64,000 bases of DNA from contig CM097885.1 in NCBI GenBank assembly GCA_044892525.1, positions 195,610,001-195,674,000 of the forward strand, written 5' to 3'. A model generated the notes under the pieces. The model ran no database searches, had not been told where the DNA came from, and saw only the letters and a program-made list of their open reading frames with translations. Positions 1-14,691 of the stretch are shown here, one piece after another. The position numbers and the translations under genes are program-made. Source of the stretch: Schmidtea polychroa (lineage: Eukaryota). How positions within the stretch are numbered: position 1 is the first letter of the stretch; each line of letters starts with the position of its first letter.

Positions 1-1114
1 CCTATCAAAATGTGTTTCAATGTTTTTAAATGAAACTTGAGTTTTACAATTCCATAGGTTCAGATATCTGAGCCATTGGCAGCTCGCAATTTTCCGGTTG
101 GAATAGAAGATGACGCGAAAGTCTTCGGTATGATTGATAAGCATGAACATGTGTCGCAATATAATTGATTTTTTGGTTTAGCGGAATTTCCAAAAGATCT
201 TAAAAGTTTTTTTAAAACAGCTACCGTCTAAACATTTTTGAGCTTTCTTTTTAAAAATCGAAATGAAAATACAGTTTGAAATGATTTTGATATCGGTCTT
301 ATTCGGCCAATAGCAACTTATGCAGGACATCTTGGAGGAATTTTTAAATTTAAAATGAAATTCGCAAATTAATTTTTTCTAAAGAAGTGAAAAAGTTAAT
401 CACTCTTGTTAGTATATTCTTTTCCCGAACTCCGGGTATTAATTGTAACGATCATTAAACTATAAATAAATTCCCACTTTCAAAAATATGTATTTTATTA
501 CACAATATCTAAACAAAGTTAGGAGAATCCAAACTATGCAATTTTTATTGACAGGATCTTTTTAAATATTCATACCTACAATTCAACATACAATTTTTAA
601 TTACAGTATTTTTTATTTATTTTTTAAAATTAATTTCAATTATATTTTAATAAACCTATATATTTAATAAAACTTTATGAAACTTTTTATTGTAATTTTA
701 AATTTGATTTTAACTATTCTAATAATTAAAAGTTTTACGTGATAATTATTTTTACTTTAAAAGAATTGTTTCCTTTTATTACAATTAATTTATAGAAATC
801 TTTAGAGTATTTTTAGACATCTCACAATTCTTATGTTGAAAGACACATCCTTATCGGAAAATTATTTTACAATATTTTGTATATTATCATTATCAAAAAT
901 TTATTTTCTTTAATAAAACAAATTTTTGATTAATAAGCATAATGGAAATAATTGAAATATTAAAAGTAAACAGGTGAAAGGTGAATAAACAAATTATGTT
1001 TTATTTACACAGTACGCACTGATAAAATTTTTAAGTTTAAAATTTAATATTTAAAATTAAAAAAATTTAATTCAGCTATAATGCAACAAATTTAAAAATC
1101 AGAAATTTATTTAT

Positions 1115-1210
1115 TTAGAAATTCATAATTTTATCATTGAATTTATTAATTTCTTCTTGAGAATTGGCAATACTGGTTTCGCTTGTACATTGACTTGGAT
1201 CATTGGAAGA
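1115..1210 (-). CDS. NOS1AP: CAPON last coding exon [31 protein letters not shown]-stop
   Basis: tttag acceptor after a 42-bp intron; TAA at 1117-1115. Confidence 0.78.
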   Translation of the reverse strand, partial: SSNDPSQCTSETSIANSQEEINKFNDKIMNF

Positions 1211-4200
1211 CTAAATTGATGAATAAATATTTTAACTTTGAAAAATCTTTACTTTTGACTTTTTAATGTCGATGTGATAATCACCATTGACATGAGGTGA
1301 CCAAGAAGCCATTTTATAAAAGTTTCTGGTAATTGAGTGATCTAATTTCCGATAAAAGTCCATTTCATCGAAAGGGATTTCTTTTTCACTAAAAATTATT
1401 CTTTATTTATTGAAAATTTATGAGTAGCTAAAACTTGGATTTTAATAATAGTTNNNNNNNNNNNNNNNNNNNNNNNNNNNNNNNNNNNNNNNNNNNNNNN
1501 NNNNNNNNNNNNNNNNNNNNNNNNNNNNNNNNNNNNNNNNNNNNNNNNNNNNNNNNNNNNNNNNNNNNNNNNNNNNNNNNNNNNNNNNNNNNNNNNNNNN
1601 NNNNNNNNNNNNNNNNNNNNNNNNNNNNNNNNNNNNNNNNNNNNNNNNNNNNNNNNNNNNNNNNNNNNNNNNNNNNNNNNNNNNNNNNNNNNNNNNNNNN
1701 NNNNNNNNNNNNNNNNNNNNNNNNNNNNNNNNNNNNNNNNNNNNNNNNNNNNNNNNNNNNNNNNNNNNNNNNNNNNNNNNNNNNNNNNNNNNNNNNNNNN
1801 NNNNNNNNNNNNNNNNNNNNNNNNNNNNNNNNNNNNNNNNNNNNNNNNNNNNNNNNNNNNNNNNNNNNNNNNNNNNNNNNNNNNNNNNNNNNNNNNNNNN
1901 NNNNNNNNNNNNNNNNNNNNNNNNNNNNNNNNNNNNNNNNNNNNNNNNNNNNNNNNNNNNNNNNNNNNNNNNNNNNNNNNNNNNNNNNNNNNNNNNNNNN
2001 NNNNNNNNNNNNNNNNNNNNNNNNNNNNNNNNNNNNNNNNNNNNNNNNNNNNNNNNNNNNNNNNNNNNNNNNNNNNNNNNNNNNNNNNNNNNNNNNNNNN
2101 NNNNNNNNNNNNNNNNNNNNNNNNNNNNNNNNNNNNNNNNNNNNNNNNNNNNNNNNNNNNNNNNNNNNNNNNNNNNNNNNNNNNNNNNNNNNNNNNNNNN
2201 NNNNNNNNNNNNNNNNNNNNNNNNNNNNNNNNNNNNNNNNNNNNNNNNNNNNNNNGGATTGCCTCTGACTGGCAGTTATTTGGCTTTTTTCTATCGCGTC
2301 TGTGTGCGCGGTTTGGTCTTGGTGTGCGCACACAGGCGCGAGCAATGGATTGATTTTGTAAATCGGTAATTTGTTAATTGTAATTTTTAATTATATTAAG
2401 TTTTAATTAGATTTTGAATTGGTTTGTTTAAAACGGCGATTGTTGGAGAACTTTTAGAAATTGGATTTAAGTTGTGAATTCGATTAATTCTTGGTAGATT
2501 ATGAAATTAGATTTTTTTAAATTGGAAATTTTGTGGAATTTTTTAAAGATTTGTTTAAAATTGAATCATTTGAATTGGTAATGCGAGCGGGAAGTTTTGT
2601 GTATCATTTGGAATGTTTTGGTTGTCAAGAATGTAATCATAGAGGAGCTCATGGAATAATTGTTGTGGTTGATGTTACCGATCAAGATTCGTTTAACAAT
2701 GTTAAAAATAGGCTTAATGAAATCGATAGATATGCGAAAGGAAAAATTCCCGATAAATTAATTGTATCGATTGTCACGGAACTTTCACAGTTGTTGCCAT
2801 CATTTTTCATGATTATGCATGGGATCGAGTCTTCTAAATTCACAGATAAGTTCGTCAATAAAAACAACGATATTGTATTATGTATTCGTGAGGAAATAAT
2901 ATTGAATCATGCTATGTCGGATTTTTCAAATCGATTTGTTTGCAAAACGGAAATCAGAAATTATTTAATTGAAGAATTATCAGTTGTCCGAATTAAAACA
3001 TTTGGGTAAGTCGAAGTTTGAAATCGCGCGTGTGCTTCGACGGAAACTGCAACTGGACAAAATGATATTATTCAATAATGATCCACTGTCCTCTTTGGAA
3101 GAAAATAAAATTATCAACCATTCNNNNNNNNNNNNNNNNNNNNNNNNNNNNNNNNNNNNNNNNNNNNNNNNNNNNNNNNNNNNNNNNNNNNNNNNNNNNN
3201 NNNNNNNNNNNNNNNNNNNNNNNNNNNNNNNNNNNNNNNNNNNNNNNNNNNNNNNNNNNNNNNNNNNNNNNNNNNNNNNNNNNNNNNNNNNNNNNNNNNN
3301 NNNNNNNNNNNNNNNNNNNNNNNNNNNNNNNNNNNTGTGGAATTACATTTAGAAACTATGCATGTAAGCAAACTTGCAATAATTTTTTAGCTTACTTGTG
3401 CTCGGAAAATAATTCATTGAAATAAACGGCTTTCTGATCAGAATGATTATTTTTGAAAAAGTTTGAATTTATGGAAGACTCTTGACTGTTTGTTGCCTAG
3501 ATATTTTTAATAATTTAAAATTAAATATTTATTTAAATGAGAGTCACAAATCTTACAGGAAATCTAAGATTTTCCTGAAACAATTGATTAAGATCAATTT
3601 CATTTGTGGAATTTGGTTTCGAGTTCCGGTGGTTTTCAAGTGACGAACAAGTGCTCGTTGTGATATCGAGGCCAGATAAGCGAAGCATGCACGACTCACA
3701 TTGGTTTTGACGAATCTCTTCAAATGTTCGCTTGATGAATGTTGATAGTACTTTGTTCTGACAAGCCAGCTCCTCTATTTGACTCTATATATTAATAATA
3801 TATTCAATCCAATAATATATTAATAATATATTCATAATATATTAATAATATATTCAATCCAATAATATATTTAATATTGAAAATGTTTTTCAAATTTTGT
3901 TTAAAATAATACTTTGTAGCAAGTCAATGTGCAGAAATGTTCAGAATCAATTAGTAAAAAGTAACTATTTTCAGTTTGTATACAAGAATGGAAAACGGTA
4001 TCATTTGAAATGTGAATGACATCCGAGAATTCACTAACTTTTCTATAGAAAAACACAATTTCTTGCTTTTTTGTATCAAAAAATAATTATTAAAAACACG
4101 AATAAACTTTAGACTAATGAGAATTAAAATTTTTAGTTTATTTTTGGTTTGCATTCTAATACTTGAAAATACTTTGTCACAAGAATATGGATGAGGGATC

Positions 4201-7200
4201 GGATGAGGTATTAACAAATAATAGGAAACAAACTGCAAATGTCATTAATGAATTTATTCATTATTTTCACCATTAATCAACTATTTTCCCTGCGTATTTC
4301 CCTTTTCCATTTGAGACAGTAACCCTATATTTTATGTGCTTGTAGAGCAATTTTGTAAATTTATTTATTGTAAATTGATGTAAAAATTAATTTTATTATA
4401 TTTACAAGAGAAAAATGTAAAAATATTGTAATTCTATGAGAGTTGAATGCGAATGGAAATATTATTTGTTGATGGCCAAAAAGGCAGATGTCCAGTGAGA
4501 GAGTAGAAAAGTATAAAAAATCATAATTTATGAAAACAAAATTCAAACTCTTTTCCACTTTTTGACCTGTTAAATACAAAATTATAAGAATATTTGTTTG
4601 AAACTAAATTTTAGAGGAGAAAGTTTGAAAATATACAATCACATTTTCGAGTTTTGTTTCGTAAAATATTGACTATAGAAAGCTATACCAATTAAGTATC
4701 AATTATGATAATTTCCCATTGTAATTGTAAATATATCCGTCCAATTAAGCTCATTATCTTTTGATTTGATATAAAAAACTTATAATTGAAAACTTTTAAA
4801 AATCCAAATTTTATTACTACTATATAAGATAATATTTATGTTTTGTGTATTTAANNNNNNNNNNNNNNNNNNNNNNNNNNNNNNNNNNNNNNNNNNNNNN
4901 NNNNNNNNNNNNNNNNNNNNNNNNNNNNNNNNNNNNNNNNNNNNNNNNNNNNNNNNNNNNNNNNNNNNNNNNNNNNNNNNNNNNNNNNNAAATATATTTT
5001 TAAAATTAACTACAATTATATTTTACGCCATTTAACATAGATTTTAATGATGGAAATACATTTTTCCAGCAACTTAAAATTAATTCGAAATATGTTTAAC
5101 ACTTTTCACCAACTTTAACAAGAAACTCATAATTAGTTGAAACGAAGACAAAATGTCAAACATCGCACTTATATTGAATGCCAATTAACTTTCACGGTCG
5201 CCCAAACGAGCAAGTGTGAATGTCTTAGTATTGTTAGGAAAAATATTTTATCAATTAAAATTTTGACTCGGTGGGATGTTTTTTGGGAAAATAAAGACCG
5301 AACCGAAGACCTAGAAACTAAATATGGAATATGGTCCTAACATTTTCAAAATAAACAAATTTATAAATAAATATTTATAAATTTAGAACTATATTAAATT
5401 GAAATTCGTATCTGTTTTCTAATTAAATTTCCAAAAATATATTTATTACTTAAATATTTGAAATATGACGCTATTTAGTAATATAATTTTAGTATGATTA
5501 TTAGTAGTATTATTTATTTCATTTTTAAACTCTATATTAACTTTGTATGTTTGTTTGTTTGTATTTTATTTTCAATTTTATCAATATTTACAAAATTTCT
5601 TTCAAAATATTATTAAAATGTTCCTTTCAAAGTAATTTCTTTTTTTTCCTAATATTTAATATTTCATAGCATTGAGCATGCATATAGAAATGTTAATTTT
5701 GAGAGAATGTAAAAGAGTGNNNNNNNNNNNNNNNNNNNNNNNNNNNNNNNNNNNNNNNNNNNNNNNNNNNNNNNNNNNNNNNNNNNNNNNNNNNNNNNNN
5801 NNNNNNNNNNNNNNNNNNNNNNNNNNNNNNNNNNNNNNNNNNNNNNNNNNNNNNNNNNNNNNNNNNNNNNNNNNNTTTTGAAAATATTTATTTAATAATA
5901 CCGTGCAATCAGATTATATGGCCTTAATAATTGAGAAATCTCTCTCAATTAAATTGGCCAATCGGAGAATTAATTCCCAATTTACTCTTAGGGCTGAATT
6001 ATAATGGAACCCAAAGGAAAGCCTAATGAAAATAAGCTCAATCAGACTTAATAAGTATATTATCAGAGAAGTCATTGTGAAAAACCGTAGTTTATGTTGC
6101 AATCAAATCTCATTATCATAATTATCTTCAGCGACTTATTTGGTTAAAGTTGTTGAGAAAACTGAAATTGAAAGTCCATTTGAAATTCAGGCCAGATTCA
6201 CGAAAAGAGATATTCATGCTGGAGTTCGAATGCGGGCAATTAGTTTGATAAAATTTGCTTAATCTTACAATAATTTGACTGAAAAAATATTTTTTTCATA
6301 TTAAAATGAAATTTTCATTTGAAGAGAAATCGAACTTTTTAAATCAAAGAATTTTTTATCTGATAAAAATGTTTTGTGCTGATCGGTAATCTTAAAATTT
6401 AATTGGAATTTATAAACAAATTAACTTTCAATGATTAAGGAAATCTTTATCTGAAATCATTTGATCCTTAATTGGGAAAAAATTTTTATATATAATGCTA
6501 ATATCACTGAAATAAGATTCAAAATTGATAATAATTAATTAAGTAGTTTTGTCGTTCATTTTTCGTCGAAAATAAAAGCTGTAAAAACAATTATAAATAA
6601 TAAATAGTTAAACATACATTGCAACGATTTAATTATAAGAAAACGCCAATCAAACATTTTTTTCACGATATATTTCGACAGTTTTCCTGTCATCATCAGG
6701 TGGGATATAATAACTATATAAATTAAGGATTTTAAACAAATTTATTAATTTTATTAATTATATAAAAAAAATTTTATTTAATAAAGATATTTAATTATTT
6801 TTAAAAATTATAATTAAATTAATATATTATTTTTAAAATTTTAGCATTCAGAATTTAATTTAATAATTTAAAAAATTTTTTAATTATTTAATTTAACAAA
6901 CAACAATCAATACATACAATATACAAAAAAATTATTTATTTTAATAAAAAATAGGTATGTCTGATTTTAAAATTTTATTAAAAAATTTCGATAATTATTG
7001 GGAATGTGTGATTTGCGAGGCGTTGTTGATAGTCATTGAATCCGAAAATTAATGTGCAGAATGCAGTGAATACTTGTGTTTTAAATGTTTTTAAATAATT
7101 TTTTTTGTCGAAATATATAGTGAAAAAAATGTTTGATTGGCGTTTTCTTATAAATGATAACGAATAATTTGTAATCGAATATAAATAAAAATTTCATTTT

Positions 7201-10200
7201 TAAATTAATTTTTAAATTTTGCAAATAAATTATTTAATATTGAATTTTTAGAAATCTTTCAAATGTTGCTCTCAAATTTGACTATATTTTTCTTTGAGTT
7301 GTATTTTTATGGTTGTGAGAGAAGTTTCTTATTTTTTGATGGGAACTATCATCTGTTAGAAACTAGCGAACGCTGCGTCGACTTTGGAGACTTTCACTTT
7401 CTACATCTACCTCAGTGCATCTCATTTACCATTAAATACAGAATTAAGAAACTGGTTGACTGTATTGAAATAAATGTAACTTCTGAAACAAATAATTATA
7501 AATACATTTTTTAAAGGAATGAGAGAATTGTTTTAATACATTCTAGAATACTAGAATAATAGAAAAATTAAGTTCAAAATTTAAAATGAAAATTGTTTTT
7601 TTTCGTAGGTCAATTTTGCACTACTTTATTTTAGTTTTTGTTTATCCTATTTTTGTATTTTATGAGAATATAACAGCAAATTAGGCACATCTCGGTTCGT
7701 GTTTCTTATATTGATAACCAGTGTATTTTCTACGTTTGACACGCCTTTTTTATTATCACAAATGTAAGAAATTTGTCTTTCTGGTGCTGATGCAATAGAA
7801 TAAAATAGTGATGTAAAATATTTGAAAATTGCCTTAAATTGGCAAATGATATTAAAACAATTATTTCTATACACTTTATTCTAATATATATTTTACCAGT
7901 GAAAGGTAGACATCATTTTATTTAAACCAGAAGTTCTTAGTTAAAAACTTTTGAATATGCAACACAGTTGAAAAATATTTTTAAAAATTAATTAGTCTTT
8001 GAATTACTATTTTAATAATTCTAATAAATATCGTTTAACTATATTTTACAACACAAATATAAACAGTATTATTACAAACAACTTTAATAAAAAAATATTT
8101 ATTTAAAATTTAATAAATTTTATTCCAGACTATTTTTATTTTTAAAAGAATGTTAACAAAATGGTTTGTTCAACTTTCATTAAAAAAATTGTTCATTTAT
8201 TGATTTTTATTATTATTTTTATATTTGCATATTTTTGTGAGTTCTGTTTGTTAGATTCCAATTTATTTTACAGCTGTCACCAATAACATAAACATCAGTA
8301 ACTTTTATTTAATGTTATTATTTTATTTTTCCCACTGGTAAAATTTTGTAAATAATGATAAATATGAGATTTTTCTGTACTTATGACCCGCCTGACACTT
8401 AAATATTACTAAATATTTACGAAATAAAATGCTAATAATACAAATAAAAATTTGAAAATAACTAAAATTTTACTAAAATTGCTAAAAATTATGCTAATTA
8501 TCCGAAAGATTTAATTTTCATTTCATATATAGTAATTAGTTAATTAATTAAAAATATATTTAATGAATATAGTAATGAATATAGTAAAGAAAATGTATAG
8601 TTAATAGATTTTAACCTAAAAGCAAACATTAAAAAATTAAATAATTGTGTACAAGTACGCATTTCCAGGTATTCTTACCATCGACTGTCGGCCTGGTCTA
8701 ACGATATCTAAATCCTAAACATAAACTCTGATTTTTTTCCCTTTGGGGACTGGAAAATTTTATAATAAATTTTATAATAAAATAATAATGTGTTATTTGC
8801 ATCGATTAAAATTATATTATCAACATTTATAATTACCGTTATACGTACGTCAATAACTTTTTTTAATTAATTGCAAATATTATTTTGTATTTATTATCCA
8901 TTTACTAATTATAGGTAGAATATCGTTAAATATTATTTTTGTAAATATTTCTTTATATGTTTTATTTGATAATAACCAATGTACATACGTCCAGAAGTCC
9001 TTCTCTTTGCCATAGTTATGTATATCAATATTGTTACAGACATATGCTAGTATAACCAACAAGGAGATATGTTTATGTTACAACAGGCTTTGAGTTTTGA
9101 ACCCAAAGGTGGCAATATTCGGATCCTTCCTATAAAATTATATAGGTTTAGTTTGCATGTTCAAAATTGTGTTCAGCTGGAAATCCAAAACAAAAAAAGA
9201 TTCTCTATATTATAGATTCTTGGACCCGTCATATCCACTCCGAACATGAGTCGATTTGAACTCCATATGTACAATGGTTAGATATTTATTTCAATCTACA
9301 GCTCAAGTATTTGGCAAGAATGTTTTATGATCGTGGCAATATTTTTAAATTGCATTCTTATTTACTGATCCAATATTTATTTGGAAACTATTTGATACTA
9401 CTGGATAAAATCAGGATTGTTAAATATGTAATGTTTATATTTCATCAACCTTCAAGATGCCTGTTTCAAATTTATTGTATATTTTTGTAATGACATCATC
9501 TGTAAAAATTCACTATTTATAAAATTCTTAAAATTCTTCAATATTTTCTTCTTCGATCCCATGTTTATTAATTACCTCTTGATTTCATGTAGAAATAATC
9601 TATTTTTAAGTTTATAATTTTTTATAGATATTGAGAGCCGTCACGTTTTAGTAATTTCAAATAGCTTAATGTAATCTATAATTTATAATAAATTAAGGCA
9701 AAAATCTTTTCATAAAAATTAAATGTTGTTACTGGTGTAATTTTACGTTAGTTGTATAGGCGATATTTAATATCTTAAAATATATGTTTGTAGTGAGCCG
9801 TTACTCGGCTTTAACAAATTCTATATAAATATTATATACAAAAACGGAACGTAGCCTAAATGGGCGATCATTAACGAATAATGATCAATTAGAACACAAT
9901 TATGGCCAATAAAATATCACGTATAACAGGACATTAGTTGGAACATCTCAGTCTACTCTAACTCATTCCAAGAGTCAATCAAAATTCATGCAATCAGCTA
10001 ATAATTCTTATTATCATTCAGGCTCCATTAATCAATCTCAGACGAAGAAAGCAAATTCGATGACATGTTATTATTATCAAGATCAACTGTGTTCGACTCA
10101 TAATGGTTTTAGTGTTAGCTCTCATAAACCAACACCGTCATCCATTCCCCGTTCGCAATCACCACAATTTCACATGGGAAAGACACAGTCAAATTTAGTT

Positions 10201-13200
10201 CTGCAAAATAATTCTGTTTCAGAAGTAATTATGCCAAGTAGCGTAATATCTTGCATTGAAATTCATAAACATGTAAATTCACTAAATCTCTCCAATTGAG
10301 CCAAGATGTTGAAATGGTTCCGTATTTTCAAAGATATTCCATATGCTTATAATTCGCGAAATAATGTAATAAATCCTAACAATTATATGAACCCGAATAG
10401 ATTTGTTATCTAAAAAGTACATGAATCAAATATGTGTCCAAGAAATAACGAATGAATAATTTGATTGGGATATCTGAATAAATTGGGAGTTTGAAAATTA
10501 ATCGTTACTTTTTATGATCAGGAGTGAACTATGAAATTTAATTTTCGTCAATCAATGAATATTATATTTTTTTAGTTTATAATGATTTATGAAAAAATCA
10601 ATTTGATTATGTAAGTTAAAGTTGTTTTACTTTTACTTGTAAATTTGTAATTTGTAAATTGAAAATTTAAAAGGATCTGTGCTGGAAAATTGTAATTCAA
10701 AAATAAATATTAAGTAGAAATATTTTCTTGATTATTGCAATGTTTGCAAGTATTATTATAACCACAACAATGTTTTTATTAAACCAATGTACTACGATTA
10801 CAAATGCTATGCCATAAACCATTTTTAAAACTAAGTTTGGACTATAAGTATTTAAACATTAAAACCCACATACTAACGGCTATAATTTCCAGGCTATGTA
10901 ATTATTTGAATATGCATTATTTGAAATTTTTTTTTTCATTTGCAAACTAAACCTATGTAAATTTTTAAGTAAAATCAGAATATTGTTACCATTAAGTTCA
11001 AAACTTAAATCCTGTTGTATCAAAAACATAATCTCTTTGTAAATAGCAAATTAACATTTTCAATCAACTATTATTATAAATTGTGTCAGTACATAACGTG
11101 ATTTTTATTACGGTTGTTTTTGAATTATTATTAATACTTTTATTATTACTTTTAACCCTTAATTGCTTTGGTTAGCAAATTTGCAACATACCAAAATTTC
11201 ACGTTTAAATCGCCTAAAATAAATAAGAACTAACCATTTCATAGTGTTGCTTGTGAGCTACAAAGCTATTTAACGGATTTAGTTCATTTTACTTTAGATT
11301 TTTTAAATTATTTTTATAATAATATATTAATTAATTAATATATTAATTAATTTTATTCAAAAAAAATTTAAAAAAATCATTCAATTGAGGGTTAATTTAT
11401 TTACTGCCAAAATAATTTATTACTATAATTTACACATAACATCATATAAAAATACATCTGGAAATGTACTATTAATAAAAAGTTAGTCTCATCCATAATT
11501 TGTATACTTAATTTATTATTGTATTTTTAGTAGCATTACTAAAATTATTCAACAATTTCATATTGTCAATATTGTATTAAACAACAAAACTCCTACAGAA
11601 ATTGAAATTCCTAAATTGGAAGCTAGTAAAAGTAAAAACTACAAACTTAGGTGCCCGATTTACACTTGTAATGTTGTTTTTTCAGTTGGAGAATTTCATG
11701 ATTATTGTATGTTTATTTTAAATTATTTATTTAAATTATTGAAAAGTCATAAATCAAATGATTAAATGTTTTTGTGATTTTTCATTAAAACTGAACATTA
11801 TTTATTGAATATACAATATTTTTTATTTGAAAAACTGCCCTTTTCTGAAGTCTAATTATTTAAACAATATTCATTCTTATTCAGCAATTATAATTTCAAG
11901 TACAAATAGCACCCATTAGGGCCAAAGAGAGGGAGGAGACGGGTATTTTTCCCTGGGTCCGGTTTTGAAAGGAGGCCCGGAGAGGTGCACTAAAATTTTT
12001 AATCGTAACAGAAAAACTTACAGAATTACAACTGTTGATTTACTTCTTTTCGGATGGTAAATCAACATTTTTTCCGTTGATTCTGACCTTAAAGATTTTT
12101 CGATGGATTCACCTTTGATTTATCGTTAAATGACGATTTTTAAATTTTTTTAAAATTCAAAATAACTGTAAAATTATGTATTTACTCTCTTTTAAACATC
12201 AAATCAAATATGAAAACTTTCAAATTAATGAAAAATTCATTGATTTAAAATTTTTGTAAAGATTTTCAGAAAACCTTTGAATCAATGGATTTCACCGCTG
12301 ATTTTTTTCCTGTGTGTATCTAAAATGATAAATTGTCGGTGTCGACCAGAGATTATACGTAACTATGTAAAACATGTCTATTGTTCTCATTTGCAAAGGT
12401 GTTGTAGAAAAAAAAATCAGATTTAGTAGGGACAAAAAAAACCAATTGTCCGTTCAACCGAAAGTATGCTTGCATACAAACAAAATATATAACAATTTAG
12501 ATTTAAAATAAAATTATAACAATCAATAAAGGGCCAGCGTTAATCATTTTACCGGGGCCCGGCCAGGCTTTCCACGGCCCTGGCACACACACATATATTA
12601 ATATTTTTCATTTATTTTTAAAAAAACATATATAAATATAAACTTTGAAGACTTACAAAATAATCATTATTTTCTACCCAAAACTAAGATAAGATAAGAT
12701 ACATTAAGCACACAAGTTTAATTTGGAAAACTGAAAAAATGTATCAAATCACAACAAATAAATAAAAGTAATTGAAAAAATAACACGAGTGATAAATAAT
12801 AATCTTCATTTATCAATTGCACAAATAATTATATTGTGTATAAAATTAATTTTTAAATGTTGCTGTTGTAGTTGCTGTAAAACTGTAAAAACATTCGAAT
12901 GAGCTTTAAATCTTTAAAATACGAGAAAAAATAGATTTTAGAAGTTCAAAGGACGTTTAGTTAGTTCTTTTTAATAAATANNNNNNNNNNNNNNNNNNNN
13001 NNNNNNNNNNNNNNNNNNNNNNNNNNNNNNNNNNNNNNNNNNNNNNNNNNNNNNNNNNNNNNNNNNNNNNNNNNNNNNNNNNNNNNNNNNNNNNNNNNNN
13101 NNNNNNNNNNNNNNNNNNNNNNNNNNNNNNNNNNNNNNNNNNNNNNNNNNNNNNNAAATAATAACAAAAATTTAAAAATAATTTATTTTCCAAAGACGAA

Positions 13201-14648
13201 AATATAATTATAAAATATGTTCTTCTAACTTAAATTTAAAAATTATGTTTAATAAATTATACGTAGATGACAATACTATAATCCCAATGATTTGAATAAA
13301 CTGAAATATGTAATTATAATTATTGTTTAACTCCCCCCAGTCATTAGATGGGTATTCAAAGGAATTAGGGAGCTTACTATCGGAAACTAACGGATAATTT
13401 ATGATCACTCCAAATCAAATGACTCACCCAAACATTGTATTTAAAATAAAATAAATCCTGATTTATCTCCCTTCCTTAAATGTAAACATAAATTTTTGGA
13501 TGATAAAAATTCAACTTAAAATGTCTCAAAATGTTTGATAAAAGTGTTTTATTTTAATAAAAAACAAAGAATTTTATGGGATTATATCAGACATTAAAAT
13601 TGAAAATAATACAAAAAATCGGAAATTGAAAGTGAATTTTCTATAGATTGAAAATAACAAAAGTGAAACAAAATCATTCAAAACAATGTCTAATGACACG
13701 AAAAAATAAATAAATTATAATTAATTTATAATTAAAAAACACAATTTAATATTCTATATAATAATATTATAAATAAAATTTTCTGTTTTATATAAAGAAA
13801 TCAATGGCACATTTTTCTACTATCATGAAGTAACAACTACCTTTAACCCCAAAGGAAACAGAGTATCTTCAAAATAGTCAAAATATTATCTGTCGTTGAT
13901 TTCTGTAAGATTAACCTCGTATTTTCATGATCTTCCATATAATTAAATAAATATAATTTTCAAATTCAGAATGTCAAAACTATATTAAAGTAATTAAAGC
14001 TTTGATTTAAACAAAGTATGATTGATATATGTAATTATTTAAAATATACTTAAATAATAAATTATTTTTATTTATTAAAGTTTTAAAATATTATTTATTT
14101 CAAAAATAAATTTATGAAGATTACCAATAAAAATAATGAGAAATTTCTCTTAGAGAAAAAAATCATTACGTGCATGTGAAGCAGGAAACAGAACAATTGA
14201 TATTGTCATACGGTACAGTAAATAAATGAAAGATTTATTAGGACCCGTTTACATAAAATATAGCTGCGGTATTTATTTATATAGTATAAATGTTGACTGG
14301 GTTCATAAAAATCATAAATTAAGAGATTAGCAAATAAATGTTTCAAACTTCATAACTACCTTTAAGCAATTAAAAAAGATTTATTTAGTTATATTGGTAA
14401 TAAATTATTGTAAATTATTTGGCGTATGATAAATCATAATAACATAAAGTTATAGAAAAATATAAATTTACATTGAACTGTTTTTGCTAAAAATATATCA
14501 AAAATTACTTATAAAACTAAAAATATATTCACTTGAGAAAGACAGTGCCGAAAATTCGTGAGTATCAAAAACATCGATATATTACTGATTCATAATCAAG
14601 CTTTTTAATAAATAAGAAATTAGAAAAAAAGTTCTTTTGATATATACA

Positions 14649-14691
<43 letters not shown>

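Noticed and set aside
58-400. Slightly GC-richer stretch with acceptor-like catag and peptides such as AARNFPVGIEDD or SDI-stop-AIG
   Set aside because: No frame stays open and no family is recognisable.
1396-2345. Long listed ORFs (311, 305, 277 aa) and all other X-containing ORFs
   Set aside because: They read through N-gaps and are artefacts of ambiguous bases.
3006-3011. GTAAGT donor at the end of ORF A
   Set aside because: The following sequence is open and protein-like in another frame, so a frameshift is the simpler reading.
7898-8339. TA-CCAGTG...CACTGG-TA possible MITE
   Set aside because: The inverted match is short and AT-flanked; no second copy in the window.
9826-9912. In-frame TAA codons as evidence of a variant genetic code
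   Set aside because: CAPON has no internal stops over 532 codons and ends in TAA; pseudogenisation is sufficient.
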